Sequence record: LR756500.1
Direction: 5' to 3' (one strand)
Length of the DNA: 64,000 nt
In this document: positions 26,514 to 36,500 of the stretch, in pieces
Numbering within the stretch: the first letter of the stretch is position 1
How the letters are laid out: each line of letters starts with the position of its first letter
Made by a program: the position numbers and the translations under genes
Notes under the pieces: generated by a model
What the model saw: the letters and a program-made list of their open reading frames with translations, nothing else
Told to the model about the DNA's origin: nothing
Databases searched by the model: none

Positions 26514-27074
26514 ATGGAAAATTTAAAAGAAAAATTAATAGAATTATTTTTAAAATCTTGTAATGATTTTAAAATATCAAGAGCAGAAAACTTTCAGAAT
26601 TTTGATATCCCAAGTGAATCTCGTGTTAAAATTTTAGATTTTTTACCAAAATTCATACGTATAGGAGATAAGTTTTTTAAATCTACAAATGAAGTTATTC
26701 ACAATTATGGATATGGATTTAAATATAATGATAATCCGCCTTTAATGATTGCATCGTATTTTAATACATATACATATAAATACGGAACATTTTTTCCTCT
26801 TATAAGTTATTTATTTTGGGACAATTATATAAATAGAAAAAAAGGAAATAAATTTGCTACAGATTATGTTAATAAAAATGAAGATGCTTATTATACTGAT
26901 TGTGAAAATATTTTCAGTAAAACGATTACTATTGAAATGCGTGCTAATTTTATTATTCATGGAACATTAGTTTCTAAATTAACAGAAAAAGAATTCATTA
27001 ATTTACATGATGAATTAACAAATAGTATTAAAAAGCACGATATATTTAAATTAGAAGAACGATTAAAAGATTAA
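26514..27074 (+). CDS. hypothetical protein
   Basis: ORF track. Confidence 0.65.
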   Translation: MENLKEKLIELFLKSCNDFKISRAENFQNFDIPSESRVKILDFLPKFIRIGDKFFKSTNEVIHNYGYGFKYNDNPPLMIASYFNTYTYKYGTFFPLISYLFWDNYINRKKGNKFATDYVNKNEDAYYTDCENIFSKTITIEMRANFIIHGTLVSKLTEKEFINLHDELTNSIKKHDIFKLEERLKD

Positions 27075-27077
27075 ATA

Positions 27078-27638
27078 ATGAAAAATCAAACTTTAATTAA
27101 CATTGCTAAAAGCATTTTAAAAGAATTATTATCTCAATGTACTGAAGAAGAACAATTACAATTTAAACGAATGTATTCAAACAATCATTTAGATATGCCC
27201 ATAAATGAAGTAGTTGATAAAATGAATATTGAAAATATAGATTGGGCAATTTCTCAATGTGAAAGAACAATTGAAAAGAAAAATAAAATAAAAGAAGAAA
27301 ATTCTTATAAGCAAAAAGAAATTTGGGAAAACATTTTCAGCGAATTGGAAAATAAATGTTTAAATGCTACTACAGTAATAAATCATTTAAATGAAAATTA
27401 TACAATATTAAAAAATGATTTTAAATCAGAAATAAGTTATAAATTAGAAAAACAAATAATTGATGGAGTATGGCGTGATACTACTTATAAAAGTTATATT
27501 TCTCCTAAAAAAGCAATTGCAGCATATAATGCGATGCCTTATCATAGTATAGAACTAGATAAAAAAAATGATATGCAATTTAGAATAAAAGAAATACATT
27601 CAATAATAACAGAAAAAATTTCTGACTTTAAAATTTAA
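27078..27638 (+). CDS. hypothetical protein
   Basis: ORF track. Confidence 0.65.
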   Translation: MKNQTLINIAKSILKELLSQCTEEEQLQFKRMYSNNHLDMPINEVVDKMNIENIDWAISQCERTIEKKNKIKEENSYKQKEIWENIFSELENKCLNATTVINHLNENYTILKNDFKSEISYKLEKQIIDGVWRDTTYKSYISPKKAIAAYNAMPYHSIELDKKNDMQFRIKEIHSIITEKISDFKI

Positions 27639-27642
27639 TTTT

Positions 27643-28488
27643 ATGGGACGTAACGATAGAAATCAAGATTATTCTAAAGAGAATTATAAATTCGCCCAGG
27701 TTGATGAAAATATAATTTATCAATTAATAGATCAAAATCCTAAAATTTTTAAAAAGGGAAAATCTTTAGAAAAATCTTCAACAATTTGGAAAATCAATAT
27801 TAATGTTAAAAAAGGATATTTAATTTCTATTTTAAATATTATTTGTTCATCTGATAGATACAAATGGTTTGATAATTTAAATAATGAAGTAGGAAGCGTT
27901 TATTTATATAGAAAAGAATTTAAAAATGTCGAAAAACCTATATTTTATATCATTATCTACAGATATGGAATTAGATTTGAATTTTCAGAATTATTTGATG
28001 GAACTAGTAACGGTTTGCCTAGAACAAATAGAATTATAACAGATGAAGAAGAAAAATTAATGATAAGTAATATTAATAATAATATTAATTTAACTCACAT
28101 AAAGCATATCATTAATAAATATTCTAAATTTTCTAATAATACTATACTAAATATTTATGAAGATATACAAATGAATGAAGTATTTAGCTCATTATTTAAA
28201 TATATTAAAAAGTTTAAATTATATAAAAATATTGATATTAAAAATTTAAAAAATCTTTTTAATGCTTTTATCATTACATCTGAAGATATTCGTGTAGCTG
28301 TGTATGATAATATTAATAACATATTAATAGAATTATTTAAACTAATTGGAGATTATTATTATAAATATTTAGAATATTTTATTGATAATGATCCAATTAA
28401 ATATATCGAATTTATAAAAATTTGCAATAAAAAAATTCGTACAAAATATGAACATTTATTTAATGCTGAAGATTTTAGTTTAATTTAA
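27643..28488 (+). CDS. hypothetical protein with C-terminal KYEHLFNAEDFSLI motif
   Basis: ORF track; C-terminal motif shared with two other proteins. Confidence 0.7.
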   Translation: MGRNDRNQDYSKENYKFAQVDENIIYQLIDQNPKIFKKGKSLEKSSTIWKININVKKGYLISILNIICSSDRYKWFDNLNNEVGSVYLYRKEFKNVEKPIFYIIIYRYGIRFEFSELFDGTSNGLPRTNRIITDEEEKLMISNINNNINLTHIKHIINKYSKFSNNTILNIYEDIQMNEVFSSLFKYIKKFKLYKNIDIKNLKNLFNAFIITSEDIRVAVYDNINNILIELFKLIGDYYYKYLEYFIDNDPIKYIEFIKICNKKIRTKYEHLFNAEDFSLI

Positions 28489-28496
28489 AAATACTT

Positions 28497-28709
28497 ATGA
28501 TTAAAAATTTTATTTTAACAGTCTTAACAATAGACTTAAATAGTCCTTACATAAAACATGGGAGTTGGATTTTAATGACTATTATTTTTCTTATTGTTTT
28601 TGGTTATTTTAACAGTAATAAAAGTAGAGGAATTGATAGTTTATCAAATGGAATATTTACAATATTTTGTTATTTAATTTCATGGATAATTTGGTTAATA
28701 ATTTATTAA
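28497..28709 (+). CDS. small membrane protein
   Basis: Two hydrophobic stretches. Confidence 0.55.
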   Translation: MIKNFILTVLTIDLNSPYIKHGSWILMTIIFLIVFGYFNSNKSRGIDSLSNGIFTIFCYLISWIIWLIIY

Positions 28710-28710
28710 T

Positions 28711-29091
28711 ATGAGAAAATTTACAGAAGGCTATATTTTAGAGGAAGATGAATTTCTTTTAAAGATTTCAGGATCTGGATATCGTGAACATAATGCTAAT
28801 AAAGGATTTTTAACAAAATTTACGCAAAAAGGAAAAATTCCTTTACCTTTTAAAAATTGGCATCCAGACCTTGACATATATGTAGTTAAAGAGGAATTTC
28901 GAAAAGGATGGAAAATCGTTGGCTTTAGAGAAGGAATGAGTACAACTTGGGTAATATTAGTTCATCCGAATAATTATACTCTTGAAATTAATATTAGTAA
29001 TTTTATAAATTTACTTAAAGAAATAACAATTGATAAAGGTGAACTAATAGGAGAATTTAGATGGGAAGATCATAATTTAATTCAAAAATAA
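28711..29091 (+). CDS. hypothetical protein
   Basis: ORF track. Confidence 0.65.
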   Translation: MRKFTEGYILEEDEFLLKISGSGYREHNANKGFLTKFTQKGKIPLPFKNWHPDLDIYVVKEEFRKGWKIVGFREGMSTTWVILVHPNNYTLEINISNFINLLKEITIDKGELIGEFRWEDHNLIQK

Positions 29092-29122
29092 TATTCAAAT
29101 TTATGCAAATAATTAAAATAAT

Positions 29123-29389
29123 ATGAAAAACCTTTTAAAAATAAAAACACTTCTAAAAAATATTCCAGAAAAAGTATTATATGATTTTGATTTATTGAAA
29201 TTATTAAGAGAAGTTCAAATTAATGCTGTAGAAGTATCATTAGAATTAGCGGCTAAATCAGCTACGACTAAAGATGATCCTAATTCTTATGCCGGAAATA
29301 CTGGAAGTGAATGTTCTGCTGATATCATAGTTGATACAAAATCAATATTAGATTGTAGACAAACTTTAATTAATCAAATTTATGAATAG
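29123..29389 (+). CDS. hypothetical protein
   Basis: ORF track. Confidence 0.6.
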   Translation: MKNLLKIKTLLKNIPEKVLYDFDLLKLLREVQINAVEVSLELAAKSATTKDDPNSYAGNTGSECSADIIVDTKSILDCRQTLINQIYE

Positions 29390-29894
29390 AAATTGGAGTA
29401 GAAAAGATCGTCATACTAGAAGAAAAATAAAAGGTATTATTGATAAAATAGAATTTGCTACTAAAGATATGCCTATAATACTTGAAGTTGTTGCATGTGG
29501 TTCTTATAGAAGGCAGTTTGATTATTGTGGTGATTTAAATATGTTATTTAAATTATCAAATATTGATAAAGTTGGAGATGTTATTCCTATACTTATAAAT
29601 AAAATAGGACCTGATGAAATATTAACACATGGAAAAAAGAAATCAAATATTTTAATAAATAAAGTTCAAATTGATTTAAATTTCTCAAGTGTTGAATCAT
29701 GGCCTTATGCTTTATTACATCATACTGGATCAGTCGAAGAAAGTATTAGGTTACGAAAAGTAGCAAAAAATAAAAATTTAAAACTAAATGAAAAAGGATT
29801 ATATAATGAAAATGATGAATTAATTAAATTATCTTCAGAAAGAGATATTTATAATTATTTAGGTATTGAATATAGAAGTCCAGAAAATAGATAA
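29382..29894 (+). CDS. minimal PolX-like protein (palm+thumb only)
   Basis: GSYRR..GDLN, QIDL, LLHHTGS, LKLNEKGLY, ERDIY..LGIEYRSPENR. Confidence 0.82.
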   Translation: MNRNWSRKDRHTRRKIKGIIDKIEFATKDMPIILEVVACGSYRRQFDYCGDLNMLFKLSNIDKVGDVIPILINKIGPDEILTHGKKKSNILINKVQIDLNFSSVESWPYALLHHTGSVEESIRLRKVAKNKNLKLNEKGLYNENDELIKLSSERDIYNYLGIEYRSPENR

Positions 29895-30306
29895 AACAAT
29901 GGAAATTTTAGAAAAGATATTTTTAAGAAAAGCTAAGAAAAAATATTATACAAGTTTAAGTCCTAATATTGCAATAGAACATATTGTATATAATTTTTTT
30001 AATGATGAAATAATTATTCCGTCAGGATATATTAGTGATGAAATTCAGTTTGTATTAAATGATTTATATTTTAATTATAAAAATAAAAATGATTTTAAAT
30101 TTAGAATTATAAATTTTATGTATAAATATCATAAACAAAAAGAAACTAAACTAAAATATAATTTAAGTCCTAAAGATAATAAAGTATGGGCATGGAATAA
30201 AAAAATGTGGAGAACTACAAAATATTTTTTAGGAATTAAATATTATGTTTATACTCTTATTAAACATAATCAAAAAGATTTAGAAATTAAATATTCATTT
30301 AAATGA
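29866..30306 (+). CDS. hypothetical protein
   Basis: ORF track; likely start near 29899. Confidence 0.55.
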   Translation: MNIEVQKIDKTMEILEKIFLRKAKKKYYTSLSPNIAIEHIVYNFFNDEIIIPSGYISDEIQFVLNDLYFNYKNKNDFKFRIINFMYKYHKQKETKLKYNLSPKDNKVWAWNKKMWRTTKYFLGIKYYVYTLIKHNQKDLEIKYSFK

Positions 30307-30405
30307 AAAAAGAAGAAATAATAGGTACTACTGGTAAACTTGTTGATTTATTTAAAATATAAAATTCAATAAATTAAATAATTAATTATAAAAAAGTATA
30401 AATAT

Positions 30406-31728
30406 CTATATTTTGTCTATAAAGACATAATTAAGAACCATACTTTTATGTGAATTTTGCTTAAAAACATCAAACTCATGTAAACACTCATCCAATGAAA
30501 CTCGATATTTCAATCTCGAATTTTTTACAACCTCAATATAAAATCCCTTCCAATCCTTAAACGATGTAACCATTTCCTTCCATCGGTGTTTCACATCAAA
30601 AACTGGATAAAACCCTACCTTGCTTTTCTTTATTCTATACTCGTACCCTCGTCTAGCAATCTCTATCGACGCATTTACCGCATCAGTATATTCGTATTGC
30701 ATATTCCCTATAAAACTAGAATACGCTGGATTAACTTCATATAAACCAATACCTAATACATTCAATCTTTTAGCCAAATTAGAAATAAATTTATCTCTCT
30801 TCCATAAATTTCTATTCTTTCGATTTCCTATTTTATTATGTTTTTGCTCTTTAGTTAATTTTTGCTTAAACTTCAAATCCTCAATATATACAGTCTTACA
30901 ACCAAACTGTCTAGCAATCAATGATACAGATTTAGCAATCTCGATCGTTTCAAAATTTAATTTATTCTGATAATACTTCATCTTAACAGAATCTGAACTT
31001 AATTTTTTACTTAAAATTTTATTAAAAATTAATTTCAAACTAAACTCTTGAGCATGAATAACTTTATTATTTTCTAAAACGGAAATTCCAATTGTATCTG
31101 GATTCAAATCGATACCTAAATACCTATTTTCATTTAATTGCTTAATCTCTTTATTCTTAAACTCTTCGAAACTTATATAAACATACTTCATATCAAATCG
31201 AACAGAATATGTATATCCATGCTCATTATATTTAACTTCATTTAATTGTTGAAGCCTAAACAACTCTTTCTTTATATTATTCCTTAAATTAGGTAATTCA
31301 AGTTCTATATGTTTAACTTTATTTAACTTAAATATTATTTTATTATTCTCTATAATATTCAACTTAAAACTTCTATTTCCTTTTTTTAATACTTCGCCTT
31401 GAATATTTAATGGACTCAATCGTTTTAAATCAAATTCTTCTTTAGAAATTTTGTCTTTTAATCTATTAATAAAATTAAACTTTCCACCAAATACAACTTT
31501 AATATCTTCAAACCTCTTCTGCATTGCTTTACCATCCAATATAGCACATTGAACTAACCAAGAGTTAAGCAAATCAACATTACTTAACTCTTTAGTCAAT
31601 AATCTTATTTCCTTCTCATTCTTACCCTCGAGAAATCGATTATAACTATACCTTACAACATTAGAGTATTGCTTAAGTATAGAAGTTAAATCTTCATCAG
31701 TTTTATATGGTAACTTAATTGTTTTCAA
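30406..31728 (-). CDS. tnpB: TnpB-like RNA-guided endonuclease (RuvC), no Zn finger
   Basis: LGIDLN (RuvC-I), IEDL (RuvC-II), EVNPAYSSFIG..DAVNASIEIARRG (RuvC-III). Confidence 0.85.
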   Translation of the reverse strand: MKTIKLPYKTDEDLTSILKQYSNVVRYSYNRFLEGKNEKEIRLLTKELSNVDLLNSWLVQCAILDGKAMQKRFEDIKVVFGGKFNFINRLKDKISKEEFDLKRLSPLNIQGEVLKKGNRSFKLNIIENNKIIFKLNKVKHIELELPNLRNNIKKELFRLQQLNEVKYNEHGYTYSVRFDMKYVYISFEEFKNKEIKQLNENRYLGIDLNPDTIGISVLENNKVIHAQEFSLKLIFNKILSKKLSSDSVKMKYYQNKLNFETIEIAKSVSLIARQFGCKTVYIEDLKFKQKLTKEQKHNKIGNRKNRNLWKRDKFISNLAKRLNVLGIGLYEVNPAYSSFIGNMQYEYTDAVNASIEIARRGYEYRIKKSKVGFYPVFDVKHRWKEMVTSFKDWKGFYIEVVKNSRLKYRVSLDECLHEFDVFKQNSHKSMVLNYVFIDKI

Positions 31729-31730
31729 TC

Positions 31731-31895
31731 TTATTTATTAATTAATGCTTTTATATCTTTATCTTTTATAAAATTCAAACCACCAATCTTTACAAAATTC
31801 AACACACCCTTTTCCTTCCAATTATATAAAGTCTGTCTAGTAACATTAAATTCTTTACATACCTTCGATAGTTTTAATAACTTAAAATCTTCCAT
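31731..31895 (-). CDS. 54-aa MerR/excisionase-type HTH (IS607 TnpA N-terminal-like)
   Basis: Translated by hand: LKLSKVCKEFNVTRQTLYNWKEKG..GGLNF; abuts tnpB. Confidence 0.7.
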   Translation of the reverse strand: MEDFKLLKLSKVCKEFNVTRQTLYNWKEKGVLNFVKIGGLNFIKDKDIKALINK

Positions 31896-32023
31896 TGCTT
31901 AAAATATTAATTTATTTTATATATCATCAAGCCTTTATAGTTTTATATAAAATTTAGTTATATTTTTAAATTAAAAACTTTAATATTATATTTAATTATT
32001 AAATTTATATAAATTATAACAAA

Positions 32024-32359
32024 TTGATATTAGATAATAATAAAGAATTAACTCAAAAAGAATGGAATGCTCTTTGTATAATTCATAAATTAACATTAAG
32101 ACTTGATATTGGTATAAGATTTGACTGGTCAAAATCAATTGATGTTAAACATAAAAGTATATCACAGATTATTGATGAAAGTGTTTTTTTAAATAAAGAA
32201 ACTAAAAAAATTATTATAAGTAAATCTAAAAGTTTTTACGGTAACCATGGTAGAATATCATGTAATTGGTATAGATGTACTAAATGCAATTCAACAACTA
32301 TACTGGAACTTGATAAATATTGTTCTAAATGTGGTACAGAATTAATTTGGGAAGAATAA
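32024..32359 (+). CDS. Zn-ribbon hypothetical protein
   Basis: CTKC..YCSKCGTEL. Confidence 0.65.
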   Translation: MILDNNKELTQKEWNALCIIHKLTLRLDIGIRFDWSKSIDVKHKSISQIIDESVFLNKETKKIIISKSKSFYGNHGRISCNWYRCTKCNSTTILELDKYCSKCGTELIWEE

Positions 32360-32391
32360 TTACGAAATATATTTACTTAGATTAAAAAATT

Positions 32392-32766
32392 ATGTATATT
32401 AAATATATAGAGCAAAAAATTTCATATGCTAGTACAGTTATTGATAATACGTATTTAATCAATACTTCAGAAATATTTTCAATTAAATGTACTAAAAGAA
32501 CTGAAGAATATACAAAGCCTGGAGGTTTTTCAGAAGTATATTTAAAAGAGTTTGGATTTATTACTATCTATAAAACTGATAAAATGTATCATCAATTTAA
32601 TTTTACTAGTCATAAAAATACCGATGAATTTATAATGAAATTAGAAGAATATATAATTAATAATGAATCAATTGTTAAAGAAATTATAATTGAACACGAA
32701 GTAGTAGAAAGACCTAAATTTCCTGATAAAGAAAATTCTAATACATTCGATATAAAAATAAATTAA
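32392..32766 (+). CDS. hypothetical protein
   Basis: ORF track. Confidence 0.65.
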   Translation: MYIKYIEQKISYASTVIDNTYLINTSEIFSIKCTKRTEEYTKPGGFSEVYLKEFGFITIYKTDKMYHQFNFTSHKNTDEFIMKLEEYIINNESIVKEIIIEHEVVERPKFPDKENSNTFDIKIN

Positions 32767-32770
32767 ATAA

Positions 32771-33223
32771 ATGGAAGCTTTTGAAAAATTAGAAAAAGTT
32801 CTTAATCATATACAAAACGTTCAGAGAATTGCACAAAAACTTGGTATCATTTTAATTAAAAAAGGTGAACAAGAATTAGGAAGAAATCTTATAGCAAATG
32901 CGCAAATACATGATAATAGTAAATTAAAAGGTATTGAATTTGAACATTTATTTGCAGGCGATGAATTATTAAATGTTACAATTAAACATCATCATACAAC
33001 AAATCCTCATCATCCTGAATATTGGGGAGATATTAAAAATATGCCAGATGTTTATATAGCTGAAATGATATGCGATTTTATATCTAGATCTACGGAATTC
33101 GGTACAAGTGTTAGAGAATGGATAGAAAAAAATGCAACAAAAAAATATTCATTTGAAATGACTGATGAAATCGGTATAAAAATAAGTTATTTTATGAATT
33201 TAGTTTTAGATAAACCTTTTTGA
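32771..33223 (+). CDS. HD-like (DUF5662-type) protein
   Basis: HIQNV, IHDNSKL, HHHTTNPHHPEYW, MP..IAEMICD. Confidence 0.75.
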   Translation: MEAFEKLEKVLNHIQNVQRIAQKLGIILIKKGEQELGRNLIANAQIHDNSKLKGIEFEHLFAGDELLNVTIKHHHTTNPHHPEYWGDIKNMPDVYIAEMICDFISRSTEFGTSVREWIEKNATKKYSFEMTDEIGIKISYFMNLVLDKPF

Positions 33224-33400
33224 AATGATTGAAATAGGAAAAATTTATACTTATAAGGATGGTAGATCTGTTATAGTTATACAAAAAAGTGATAAACAAT
33301 TAAGAGCAGAAGTATCAGATGATATAGAAAACAAATGGAATCCATTTTGGATATACTATTCTGATTTAATTTTTATACTTTAAATAAAATTTTTAAATTT

Positions 33401-33421
33401 AAAACTTTTTTATTATATTTA
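33401..33421 (+). promoter_or_regulatory. candidate early promoter
   Basis: aaaactttttTATTATATTTA. Confidence 0.6.
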
Positions 33422-33453
33422 CATATTATTTAATTTAAATCTGTTATTATACT

Positions 33454-33795
33454 ATGCTAAAACCTGAACATATATATTTTCATATTTTAGATTCAGATAT
33501 AATAGGTCATATAGAAGTCGTTATAACTCCTATTGAAATATTTAATAAAGTTAAGTTTATTTCAAGCATAAAAACATATCCTGAACTTAAAAATATTTTT
33601 AATGAATTAGAATTAGAATTTATTGATTCTTCAAGACTTATTCATAATGGTATTTTAACAAAAGAAGAATTAAATGATAAAATGCTTTCTTTAGGATTTA
33701 AAACAAACGAAGAATTTAAAGAAATAACAGAAAGTTTTTTTGAAATTGAATACGTTCCAAAATCAATTGAAGAATTAAAAAATTTAATAAAATGA
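33454..33795 (+). CDS. hypothetical protein
   Basis: ORF track. Confidence 0.65.
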   Translation: MLKPEHIYFHILDSDIIGHIEVVITPIEIFNKVKFISSIKTYPELKNIFNELELEFIDSSRLIHNGILTKEELNDKMLSLGFKTNEEFKEITESFFEIEYVPKSIEELKNLIK

Positions 33796-34025
33796 AAATA
33801 TTATTTTTACTTTTAAGTATTATTATTTTAACATCTTGTAGTGTATCAACATCAAAAATTGATGCTAATAAATTTAATACTAATGATATTACATATATAG
33901 AAGATACTAGAACTGGTGTATGTTATGCTATAATAGCTGTTCAAAAAGGTGGAAATTTTGAACAAAATGGAATTGGATTTACAGAAGTTCCTTGTGATAA
34001 AGTAAAAGAATATTTAAATAAATAA
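33792..34025 (+). CDS. small lipoprotein
   Basis: Signal peptide with lipobox LTSC. Confidence 0.6.
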   Translation: MKILFLLLSIIILTSCSVSTSKIDANKFNTNDITYIEDTRTGVCYAIIAVQKGGNFEQNGIGFTEVPCDKVKEYLNK

Positions 34026-34066
34026 ACAATATTTATTAATCTCATATAAATTTAAAATAATTACAT

Positions 34067-34507
34067 ATGAAAATTGCTAAAGGTCTTAAAATAAAAAATG
34101 AGTTAAAAATAAAATTATCTCATCTTCAATCTCTTTTAATACAACATAATTCTTCAATCGTTGGATCAACTAATGATTATAATACAGAAGAAGTATTAAA
34201 AGAATATATTGAGGTAAGAGATAAACTTATTTTACTTAAAACAAATTTACAAAAGGCTACTTTACCTATTTATCAAAAAATATTTCGTATTTCTGAATTG
34301 AAAGCTACAATTAAAGCGTTAAGAAGTATGAATACAATATCTGGTAAAACAGTTAATTCTAGATATGGCGGTAGTGAAGTTATTGAAAATATAGCAACAA
34401 TTGGTAACTTAGCTGTCGATAAAAAAGTTAAAGATATTGAATTTGAAATTTCAAATTTACAAGATGAAATTGATGAATTCAACAATACTACTAATTTTGA
34501 ATTTTAA
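34067..34507 (+). CDS. DIP1984-like coiled-coil protein
   Basis: MKIAKGLK..HNS..LK..LQKA..ISELK..Q.EID.FN pattern. Confidence 0.6.
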   Translation: MKIAKGLKIKNELKIKLSHLQSLLIQHNSSIVGSTNDYNTEEVLKEYIEVRDKLILLKTNLQKATLPIYQKIFRISELKATIKALRSMNTISGKTVNSRYGGSEVIENIATIGNLAVDKKVKDIEFEISNLQDEIDEFNNTTNFEF

Positions 34508-34522
34508 TTTATTATTGGTATA

Positions 34523-34696
34523 GGGAACAGCGAAAGTGATTAATTATTACATTACCCAGCAAGGTAAAACTTAAATTCTGACATTTAGATAACGTTAAAG
34601 ATAATGAATTCAAAATTTATTCTTTATAATTCAAATATTCAAAATTTAAAATTTAAAAATCATCTTTGTAAATTTTAATTATTATTAGCTGTTTCC
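34523..34696 (+). ncRNA. candidate structured RNA downstream of the DIP1984-like gene
   Basis: gggaacagc / gctgtttcc closing helix; internal ttcaaa-type repeats; no ORF. Confidence 0.35.
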
Positions 34697-34732
34697 GTTT
34701 TTAAAACAAATAAATATATAAATAATAAAATA

Positions 34733-34977
34733 ATGAACAAGATACAGCGATGGAGTTATCCAAAAGTGTATACTAAATTAAATTTATTGGCTGAGGAAGA
34801 AGGTTTCTTTATTAAGCAGGTGAATCCAGCATATACTAGTCAGACTTGTTCAGAATGCGGGGAATATAGATAAAGAGAGTCCGTAAAGGTGAGGTTTATT
34901 TATGTTCGAGCTGTAAAATAGAGATTAATACAGCATTGAATATTTTGCATAGAGGAGTATATGGTCCCTCTAATTAA
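34733..34977 (+). pseudogene. frameshifted TnpB C-terminal fragment
   Basis: VNPAYTSQTCSECG, then after a frameshift YLCSSC..NTALNILHRG. Confidence 0.8.
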
Positions 34978-35081
34978 AAATAATTATAATAAATACAAAT
35001 TATGCGATTTAAAATATCAAATACTGGCAAAGGAGCATTCCTTTTTTCTGTCTCGTAAAGAAACAGAAAAATAAATGCTTT

Positions 35082-35573
35082 ATGGGAAAAACTTACATTC
35101 ATATTCAAAAAGCTAAACATGGTTTGGCTTATATTGAATTTAATGATTATTTAGAATTAAATAATGAATATTATGAGAAACTAGATCAAATTTATGATTC
35201 ATTTGGATTGTATTCTAAATATTTACGACATTGTCATAGAAGTGGGGAAACAGATTGGTTATTTACAACTCGTATTAAAAAACGAAATAAGATTGCTAAT
35301 AAAGATATGCAATCACAGTTGAATGATTATTATGGAATTGAAGAAAAGAATTTAAACAAATTTAGAGATAAATCACTCAAAGTATTTCAACTTAAAAAGA
35401 AATATGGTATACCATCATCTTATAGTTATTTTACTTTTAGTAAAAAATTCTCAACATTTAAAGGAGCTTTAAGAGCTGGAAAATCATCTATTAAAAATAA
35501 TAGATATTTTGAATTTGAAATATTAGAAAATAATAAAATAATTTATAAAGAAAATAAAAATGGAAGAAATTGA
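35082..35573 (+). CDS. hypothetical protein
   Basis: ORF track. Confidence 0.65.
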   Translation: MGKTYIHIQKAKHGLAYIEFNDYLELNNEYYEKLDQIYDSFGLYSKYLRHCHRSGETDWLFTTRIKKRNKIANKDMQSQLNDYYGIEEKNLNKFRDKSLKVFQLKKKYGIPSSYSYFTFSKKFSTFKGALRAGKSSIKNNRYFEFEILENNKIIYKENKNGRN

Positions 35574-36024
35574 AGATTTAAAATTTGAATCAGAATTAAA
35601 TAAAAAAAATACTTTAGAGGAAGTAAAAGAGTATTATGAACAAATTTATGCTAAAAGATTAACTAGTAGTTATACTATTAATATTGGAGGTCCTATATAC
35701 AATAAATATTTAGTTAACTATTTAAAAAATAAAGTAAAATGGAGTGGTAAAGAAATTTTATTTCTTAATACTTTAGTTAATAATTTAGAAGTAAATTTAT
35801 CTAAAGATAATTTCAAATTACCTGCTATGTTTGTTGAAGGAATTGATCAATTTTTATCTCGTCATGAGGGCTTTGGATGCGCTAGTGGTGATAAAATATT
35901 TAATATATTTGTGTCATTACAAAATGTAGTTTTATATTTAACAGAATTACAAAATGAATTAAAAGCAACAAAAAATAAATTAATTCAATTAGAGACAGAA
36001 CGAGCAAAAGTACAGATGGTTTAA
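35560..36024 (+). CDS. hypothetical protein
   Basis: ORF track. Confidence 0.65.
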   Translation: MEEIEDLKFESELNKKNTLEEVKEYYEQIYAKRLTSSYTINIGGPIYNKYLVNYLKNKVKWSGKEILFLNTLVNNLEVNLSKDNFKLPAMFVEGIDQFLSRHEGFGCASGDKIFNIFVSLQNVVLYLTELQNELKATKNKLIQLETERAKVQMV

Positions 36025-36069
36025 TAAAGTACGAATTACGAAAAACGAATACTTAAAACAGTCAAAATA

Positions 36070-36408
36070 ATGGATGAAAAAGAGTTAAAAGAAAAAATTA
36101 AAAATGAATTAGTAGGAGTTGAACTTAAAAAAATAATTCCATCAACTACTAGAGTGCAAGCTGTTCATCTTAAAATTAATGGTACTAATTATCAAGTTAC
36201 AGTTTCTCCATTACCTAGATTATGGACCGAAACAGCGGCTTATGAAGCAACAAGAACTGGAAGAGTTTTAGATTTTACAAAGTCGTTCTTTAAATTCCAA
36301 GGTGATGATATATTTGAAGGTATTAAAGAATTATCTAATTGCTTAAATGGATTACCATTTAAAAATGAAAATAATACTAAACCATTATTAGATTTTAAAC
36401 TAAAATAA
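36070..36408 (+). CDS. hypothetical protein
   Basis: ORF track. Confidence 0.65.
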   Translation: MDEKELKEKIKNELVGVELKKIIPSTTRVQAVHLKINGTNYQVTVSPLPRLWTETAAYEATRTGRVLDFTKSFFKFQGDDIFEGIKELSNCLNGLPFKNENNTKPLLDFKLK

Positions 36409-36500
36409 ATATGAAAATTTTTAAACGACATACCCTCATAATTAGAGGAGAATAATTAGTTCCCTATATTATTCTCCAATAACAAAATAAGGAGGATAAT

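Larger units (their letters stand above)
30400..31910 (-). mobile_element. non-autonomous IS607-like element (HTH + tnpB); ends approximate
   Basis: Gene pair inserted antisense within a plus-strand operon. Confidence 0.6.
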
